From IMG/VR virus record IMGVR_UViG_2585427789_000019: a stretch of DNA of 23,165 nt. One strand, given 5' to 3'. Numbering within the stretch: the first letter of the stretch is position 1; each line of letters starts with the position of its first letter. The stretch is from a virus. Lineage: Duplodnaviria > Heunggongvirae > Uroviricota > Caudoviricetes. Below the pieces are notes generated by a model, which saw only the letters and a program-made list of their open reading frames with translations, was not told the DNA's origin and did no database searches. The position numbers and the translations under genes are program-made. Positions 18,099 to 23,165 of the stretch are shown piece by piece.

Positions 18099-20444
18099 AT
18101 GGCAGTACAGATTTCAGGTGTGCTGAAAGATGGTGCGGGAAAACCAATACAGAACTGCACTATTCAACTGAAGGCAAAGCGTAACAGCACCACGGTACTG
18201 GTGAACACGGTGGCCTCTGAAAATCCGGATGAAGCCGGGCGTTACAGCATGGATGTTGAGCATGGCCAGTACAGCGTCACCCTGCTGGTTGAAGGTTTTC
18301 CGCCTTCACATGCCGGAACCATTACCGTCTATGAAGGTTCCAGACCAGGTACGCTGAATGATTTTCTCGGTGCCATGACGGAAGATGATGTCATGCCGGA
18401 GGCATTGCGTCGTTTTGAGGCAATGGTGGAAGAAGCGGCACGCAACGCCGAAGCCGCCTCTCAGAGCGCAGCGGCGGCAAAGAAATCCGAAACTGCAGCG
18501 GCATCATCGAAGAACGCGGCGAAAACCTCAGAAACGAATGCAGCTAACAGCGCACAGGCGGCAGCGTCCTCGCAGACTGCATCGGCAAACTCCGCGACAG
18601 CAGCCAAAAAATCAGAAACCAACGCGAAAAACAGCGAGACAGCCGCAAAGACGAGCGAAACCAACGCAAAGTCCAGCCAGACGGCAGCGAAAACCAGCGA
18701 AACGAATGCCAAAGCCAGTGAAACTGCGGCGAAAAATAGCCAGAATGCAGCAGCCGAAAGCGAGAGCGCGGCAGCCGGTTCTGCGACTGCAGCAGCTGGA
18801 TCAGCAACTGCTGCGGCTAACAGCCAGAAAGCAGCGAAGACGAGCGAAACTAACGCAAAGTCCAGCCAGACGGCAGCGAAGACCAGCGAAACAAATGCCA
18901 AAGCCAGCGAAACTGCGGCGAAAAGCAGTCAGGATGCAGCAGCCGAAAGCGAGAGTGCTGCAGCTGGTTCTGCAAGTGCGGCGGCTGCTTCTGCCACTGC
19001 ATCAGCAAACAGTCAAAAAGCTGCAAAAACCAGTGAAACCAATGCAAAGACAAGCGAGACTGCAGCGGCGAACTCGGCGCAAGCATCGGCAGCAAGCCAG
19101 ACAGCAGCTAAAGCAAGTGAGGATGCAGCCAGAGAGTATGCAAGCCAGGCAGCAGAGCCGTATAAATATGTCTTACAGCCACTGCCTGATGTGTGGATAC
19201 CGTTTAACGATTCACTGGATATGCTTGCTGGCTTTTCGCCTGGTTATAAGCAAATAACCGTAGGTGATGATGTTATTAAAATGCCATCCGATAAGGTTGT
19301 TAGCTTCAAACGCGCATCAGGTGCAACATACATTAATAAATCAGGTGTATTAACCGTTGCTGAAGTTGACGAACCGCGATTTGAACGAGAAGGTTTGCTG
19401 ATTGAAGGACAGAGAACAAACTATTTCAGAAATTCAAATACACCAGAAGCATGGAATAACACGGGTAGTGTGTCTGTTGAGTCGTTCGACAGTGATAAGG
19501 GGTTTAACTATGGAAGGATAACTGTTATTAATGAAAATCCGACAGCACAAGGATATCAGGCAATTGCTGTAAACACGAATGATGCTTACACCTGCCCGGC
19601 AGGTTCTTATACGACGATATCGTGTCTGACGAAAAGTGATAATTCCCGGTGTCGTGCAAGGTTCGGAAAAATGTCTGATAATGGTGCGTTTGTTTTTCAT
19701 TCAGATGCAGTTCTGGATCCTGTTACGGGAAATGTTGTTCATGGAAATAATGTGACGGTGACGGCAGAAAGAGTCGGTGAATGGTGGTTGTTTACCGCCA
19801 CTCTTTTTGCAGATGCGGAAATGATAATCAGCTCAAGATTTGAAATCCTGGCGATGCCTGGAATCAGTATTATCCCCAATGGCTCTACGTTAGATATTGC
19901 GATGCCTCAGGCGGAGATTGGGTCGTACAGGACGTCATTTATCATTACTGAAGGGGCTCCTGGCACTCGCTCCAGCGACATGGTGACAATACCTGTAAGA
20001 AACAATATTCACCGATTACCATTCAGTGCTCTTGTTGAAGTTAATAAAAACTGGGATATCCCTCCCAGCAAATCACCATTAATCTTTAATGTTAAAGATT
20101 ATCAGGAAAATGGTCTGTTCACGCATGGATTCCGTGGTAATAATTTCTCTGATGCCGGTTCTCCTTTTATTTCTATGGGAGGGTGTAATAAATATGTGGC
20201 AACAACCCAGAGGAAAATCATTTCAGGCTTCCGTTGTGGCGCTGATGGAGATGTTCAGGCCGTATGTAATGGTGAATTATCTGTTGCGGCAAAAACAACA
20301 TGGACTTCAATTGTTCCACGGGCAGTATTGCGAATTGGAGGGCAGGGCACTAATGGGGAGTATCATCTTTTTGGTCATATCCGTAATCTGCGTATCTGGC
20401 ATAAAGAATTAACTGATGCGCAAATGGGGGAGAGTATTAAATGA
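18099..20444 (+). CDS. stf: Side tail fibre protein (lambda Stf-like N-terminus, Ala/Ser-rich repeat shaft, non-lambda C-terminal domain)
   Basis: ATG at 18099 with ggag Shine-Dalgarno; MAVQISGVLKDGAGKPIQNCTIQLKAKRNSTTVLVNTVASENPDEAGRYSMDVEHGQYSVTLLVEGFPPSHAGTITVYEGSRPGTLNDFLGAMTEDD... matches the Stf N-terminus; followed by AAKTSETNAK-type repeats. Confidence 0.85.
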   Translation: MAVQISGVLKDGAGKPIQNCTIQLKAKRNSTTVLVNTVASENPDEAGRYSMDVEHGQYSVTLLVEGFPPSHAGTITVYEGSRPGTLNDFLGAMTEDDVMPEALRRFEAMVEEAARNAEAASQSAAAAKKSETAAASSKNAAKTSETNAANSAQAAASSQTASANSATAAKKSETNAKNSETAAKTSETNAKSSQTAAKTSETNAKASETAAKNSQNAAAESESAAAGSATAAAGSATAAANSQKAAKTSETNAKSSQTAAKTSETNAKASETAAKSSQDAAAESESAAAGSASAAAASATASANSQKAAKTSETNAKTSETAAANSAQASAASQTAAKASEDAAREYASQAAEPYKYVLQPLPDVWIPFNDSLDMLAGFSPGYKQITVGDDVIKMPSDKVVSFKRASGATYINKSGVLTVAEVDEPRFEREGLLIEGQRTNYFRNSNTPEAWNNTGSVSVESFDSDKGFNYGRITVINENPTAQGYQAIAVNTNDAYTCPAGSYTTISCLTKSDNSRCRARFGKMSDNGAFVFHSDAVLDPVTGNVVHGNNVTVTAERVGEWWLFTATLFADAEMIISSRFEILAMPGISIIPNGSTLDIAMPQAEIGSYRTSFIITEGAPGTRSSDMVTIPVRNNIHRLPFSALVEVNKNWDIPPSKSPLIFNVKDYQENGLFTHGFRGNNFSDAGSPFISMGGCNKYVATTQRKIISGFRCGADGDVQAVCNGELSVAAKTTWTSIVPRAVLRIGGQGTNGEYHLFGHIRNLRIWHKELTDAQMGESIK
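18648..19026 (+). repeat. Imperfect 189-bp tandem duplication (63 codons x 2) inside stf, itself built from 21-bp Ala/Ser/Thr-rich sub-repeats
   Basis: Units beginning aagacgagcgaaac at 18648 and 18837 are near-identical for the first 120 bp or so (KTSETNAKSSQTAAKTSETNAKASETAAK.S...AAAESESAAAGSA...). Confidence 0.8.
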
Positions 20445-20722
20445 AAGATTTAACACTCAAATTTGCAGACAGGGCCGACTTTTCGGCCTTTATGGAGAGT
20501 ATTGGCTATTATGATGACGAGTCGATGCAGGATGATATTCTTATTGACGTGATAGGTAACGTGTACAAAGAAACCGGAGAACTGACTGAAGATGGCGAAC
20601 CGGTATGTGTTAAGGAAGACGGATATTTTGTAAACGTGCGCATCATTAATGATGTAAAAAAATCGTCAATATTCGATAAATACGCGGTTGTTGTTGAGCA
20701 TCAACTTCGTGGCTGGATGTGA
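20441..20722 (+). CDS. Hypothetical acidic protein (93 aa), translationally coupled to stf
   Basis: ATG at 20441 overlaps the stf stop (ATGA); MKDLTLKFADRADFSAFMESIGYYDDESMQDDILIDVIGNVYKETGELTEDGEPVCVKEDGYFVNV...; no family recognised. Confidence 0.5.
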   Translation: MKDLTLKFADRADFSAFMESIGYYDDESMQDDILIDVIGNVYKETGELTEDGEPVCVKEDGYFVNVRIINDVKKSSIFDKYAVVVEHQLRGWM

Positions 20723-20731
20723 GGGAGACAA

Positions 20732-21436
20732 ATGGCTACATCGACAGTAATTCCAGGAGATATCACCACGCTAAAGGGAGATGTCAGTAAAACTAAGGAA
20801 GATATTTCCTCAATTAACGGAAAAGTATCAACGCTTCAGACTGATATGACCAGTGCAAAGCAGGATATCAGCACCAGATACACAAAAACTGAAGTTGATA
20901 ATAAGCTGAAAAACAAACTGGAAGTGAACGATCTGGAAAGCGGTCGTTATGGTGGAGATTTTTACCCGTTGACTGGCCGTGAAGCGTTTTATATGTGGGG
21001 ATTGGGCACGACTACAGCGGCGGCAAACCTTTATCTTAATCCTGACCCTGCAATTTCGTCTGTACTGCGGTCAACATCGTCTATTCGCTATAAACATTCA
21101 GTAGAGACGATAGATTCAGAGCACGCCGATCTCATTTTCAGGATGCGCCCTGTGTGGTACAGGTCGCAATGCGAAAATGACAGGCGTGACTGGGGATTCT
21201 ACGGATTGATTGCCGAGGAAGTAGGAGAAATTGCCCCTCAGTTTGTACACTGGCGACCAGCTAACGAAGATGATGCTCCTGAAGCTATTTCCAGCAATGG
21301 CCTTGTTGCCGAAGGTGTAATGTACGAACGTCTGGTTGTTCCACTGATTCACCATATCCAGAAGCTGACTGAAAGAGTTGATGAACTTGAGTCAGAATTA
21401 AAGTTGTTATCCGTTTCCCGAAGCGATATCGGATAA
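20732..21436 (+). CDS. Short tail-fibre-like protein with a C-terminal intramolecular-chaperone (peptidase S74-like) domain
   Basis: ATG at 20732 with gagggag Shine-Dalgarno; C-terminus ...SSIRYKHSVETIDSEHADLIFRMRPVWYRSQ...WGFYGLIAEEVGEIAPQFV...GVMYERLVVPLIHHIQKLTERVDELESELK resembles the autoproteolytic chaperone domain of endosialidase and L-shaped tail fibres; N-terminus looks like a coiled coil. Confidence 0.55.
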   Translation: MATSTVIPGDITTLKGDVSKTKEDISSINGKVSTLQTDMTSAKQDISTRYTKTEVDNKLKNKLEVNDLESGRYGGDFYPLTGREAFYMWGLGTTTAAANLYLNPDPAISSVLRSTSSIRYKHSVETIDSEHADLIFRMRPVWYRSQCENDRRDWGFYGLIAEEVGEIAPQFVHWRPANEDDAPEAISSNGLVAEGVMYERLVVPLIHHIQKLTERVDELESELKLLSVSRSDIG

Positions 21437-21446
21437 AGGAGGAGTA

Positions 21447-21740
21447 ATGGATATAACACCTTTCCTTCATGCGCTTTGTGCTGTGGCTGCGCAGCTACTG
21501 ATTGGTCTTTTTACCGGGAACTGGGCTTACGGGGCGATAGCCGGTTGTACGTTCTTCATTGCGCGTGAACACACCCAGGCAGAATATCGCTGGATCGAAA
21601 TGTTCGGGCATGGCAAGCGAATGAATATGCCGTGGTGGGGCGGTTTTGATACACGTGCATGGGATGTGGCAAGCCTGATGGATTTTGCTGTGCCGGTGGT
21701 GGCGTGTCTGCTGGTCTGGCTGTTGGTTAATCGTGGGTGA
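21447..21740 (+). CDS. Hypothetical small membrane protein (97 aa)
   Basis: Strong aaggagg Shine-Dalgarno before the ATG at 21447; two or three hydrophobic segments (LHALCAVAAQLLIGLF, AYGAIAGCTFFIA, FAVPVVACLLVWLLV). Confidence 0.5.
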   Translation: MDITPFLHALCAVAAQLLIGLFTGNWAYGAIAGCTFFIAREHTQAEYRWIEMFGHGKRMNMPWWGGFDTRAWDVASLMDFAVPVVACLLVWLLVNRG

Positions 21741-22415
21741 AAAAAGGTGAGCTGTATATGCAACGGAGGAAGAAAACTCGTTGCTGGAAGCCTGGAAAAA
21801 GTATCGGGTGCTGCTAAACCGTGTGGACACTTCCGTAGCACCAGATATCGAGTGGCTTATTCAACCATAATAAACAGTATGTATATCATAGGTTATTAAT
21901 TGTGAGTTTTTTCGGTGTGTTATTTGTTTGTTTGATGTTATGCTTTTGCGCCCCAAAAGGTTGTTTAGATGTATTTTATCAATTGATTTTCAATGTCGTT
22001 TAATAAAGAAAAATTAAGCAAGCTGGATGTTGGTTTTTTGTTAATTGAATGGTTCTAATAATGTTTTTTTACTGTTGTTGAATGTGACTTGATAAGAAAT
22101 GCAAGTAAAAATGATACTCTTTTTATTTTAAATTCAAACGGTTGACATATATATAGCAAGAGGTTTCAGGTGCGTTGTAGTGAGTTTATGTTAATAAAAA
22201 GTATAGTAAGCGTTGAAAAATGTAACTTTGAAATACGTTAGAATAAAAAACAATATACATATAATAATTTAATCTTAAATGAAATTTATTAAAATTTGCA
22301 AACTATAATTTTGTGTATAAAAATATAAATGCACATCATCCTGATTATGATTGTGTATTTAATTGGTTGTTATTTGACTGCTATCAACTTGTTTTAATTT
22401 TATGATAGGTGCAAG

Positions 22416-23165
22416 ATGGATTATGTTTGCTCCGTAGTTTTCATCTGTCAATCATTTGATTTAATTATAAACAGGAGAGTTATCTCGTTCAAAAAAAATT
22501 CATTGTTTATTGTAAGCGACAAAATTAGAAGGGAGTTACCAGTATGCCCCTCTAAACTAAGAATTGTTGATATAGATAAGAAAACATGTTTATCCTTTTT
22601 TATCGACGTGAATAATGAGTTGCCTGGCAAATTTACTCTTGATAAGAATGGCTATATTGCTGAAGAGGAACCTCCATTATCGCTTGTTTTTTCTCTGTTT
22701 GAAGGGATTAAAATAGCAGACTCACACTCCCTTTGGTTAAAAGAAAGACTATGTATATCCTTACTTGCCATGTTCAAAAAACGCGAAAGTGTAAATTCAT
22801 TTATACTAACAAATATAAATACATTTACCTGTAAAATTACTGGAATAATCAGTTTTAATATTGAGCGGCAATGGCATTTAAAAGATATTGCGGAATTGAT
22901 TTATACGAGTGAAAGTTTAATAAAAAAAAGATTAAGGGATGAAGGAACGTCATTTACTGAAATATTGAGAGATACTAGGATGAGGTATGCAAAAAAACTC
23001 ATAACTTCAAACTCTTATTCTATCAATGTCGTAGCCCAGAAATGTGGCTATAACAGTACTTCATATTTCATATGTGCATTTAAAGATTATTATGGTGTCA
23101 CGCCATCTCATTATTTTGAGAAAATAATCGGCGTCACAGATGGAATAAACAAAACAATTGACTGA
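22416..23165 (+). CDS. appY: AraC-family transcriptional activator AppY
   Basis: 249 aa, [56 protein letters not shown]... with C-terminal AraC-type HTH ([37 protein letters not shown]...[27 protein letters not shown]); stop is at the window end. Confidence 0.9.

Noticed and set aside
18385-19257. 290-codon Arg/Gln/Lys-rich ORF in an alternate frame of stf, plus minus-strand ORFs at 18461..18901, 18544..18807 and 18850..19095
   Set aside because: These are frame artefacts of the Ala/Ser-rich tandem repeats in stf (GCN-rich repeats read as Arg/Gln/Pro in other frames); the stf frame has the real N-terminal homology and Shine-Dalgarno.
20441-21740. Calling the stf-downstream trio a defined anti-phage defence system
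   Set aside because: No recognisable nuclease, ATPase, kinase, or other defence-associated domain is visible by eye; I report it only as an uncharacterised module.
21495-21841. Two overlapping minus-strand ORFs (111 and 104 codons) antisense to the 97-aa membrane protein gene
   Set aside because: The plus-strand gene has a near-consensus Shine-Dalgarno and hydrophobic helices; the antisense frames are His/Pro/Arg-rich with no start signals.
1-23165. CRISPR arrays, tRNA or rRNA genes
   Set aside because: No short direct repeats with regular unique spacers were seen and no tRNA-like cloverleaf candidates noticed; the only periodic repeats are the coding repeats inside stf. The prophage attachment sites and any flanking tRNA lie outside the window.

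Overview
This window is most of a defective lambdoid prophage of the E. coli DLP12 type, read from a disrupted integrase to appY. At the left edge an IS66-family insertion sequence (tnpA-tnpB-tnpC order, minus strand, running off the window start) has cut off the 3' end of the tyrosine integrase gene. A short minus-strand early-left remnant follows (xis, two small ORFs, a TraR-like zinc-finger protein, and an N-truncated phage Dam-type methyltransferase), which abuts a C-terminal fragment of replication protein P on the plus strand, so the immunity region is deleted. Next comes ren, an AT-rich cargo block (emrE, a ybcK serine recombinase with a premature in-frame TGA, ybcL, ybcM), the nin-region genes (ylcH, ybcN, ninE, ybcO, rusA, ylcG), the Q-like antiterminator quuD, an apparently intact nmpC porin gene on the opposite strand, and a P21-type lysis cassette (pinholin essD, SAR endolysin rrrD, spanins rzpD/rzoD) with borD. 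A lambda-like cos site sits beside nohD (Nu1), whose 3' end is joined directly to the C-terminal 940 codons of tail-tip protein J, so head and tail genes are deleted. Downstream are a mosaic side tail fibre with tandem repeats, three uncharacterised genes, an AT-rich spacer and appY. I found no CRISPR array or tRNA/rRNA gene, and no defence system I can name. The most interesting unexplained loci are the three-gene module after stf and the small coupled ORFs in the early-left remnant. All homology calls are from reading the translations and from memory of these families; no searches were run.
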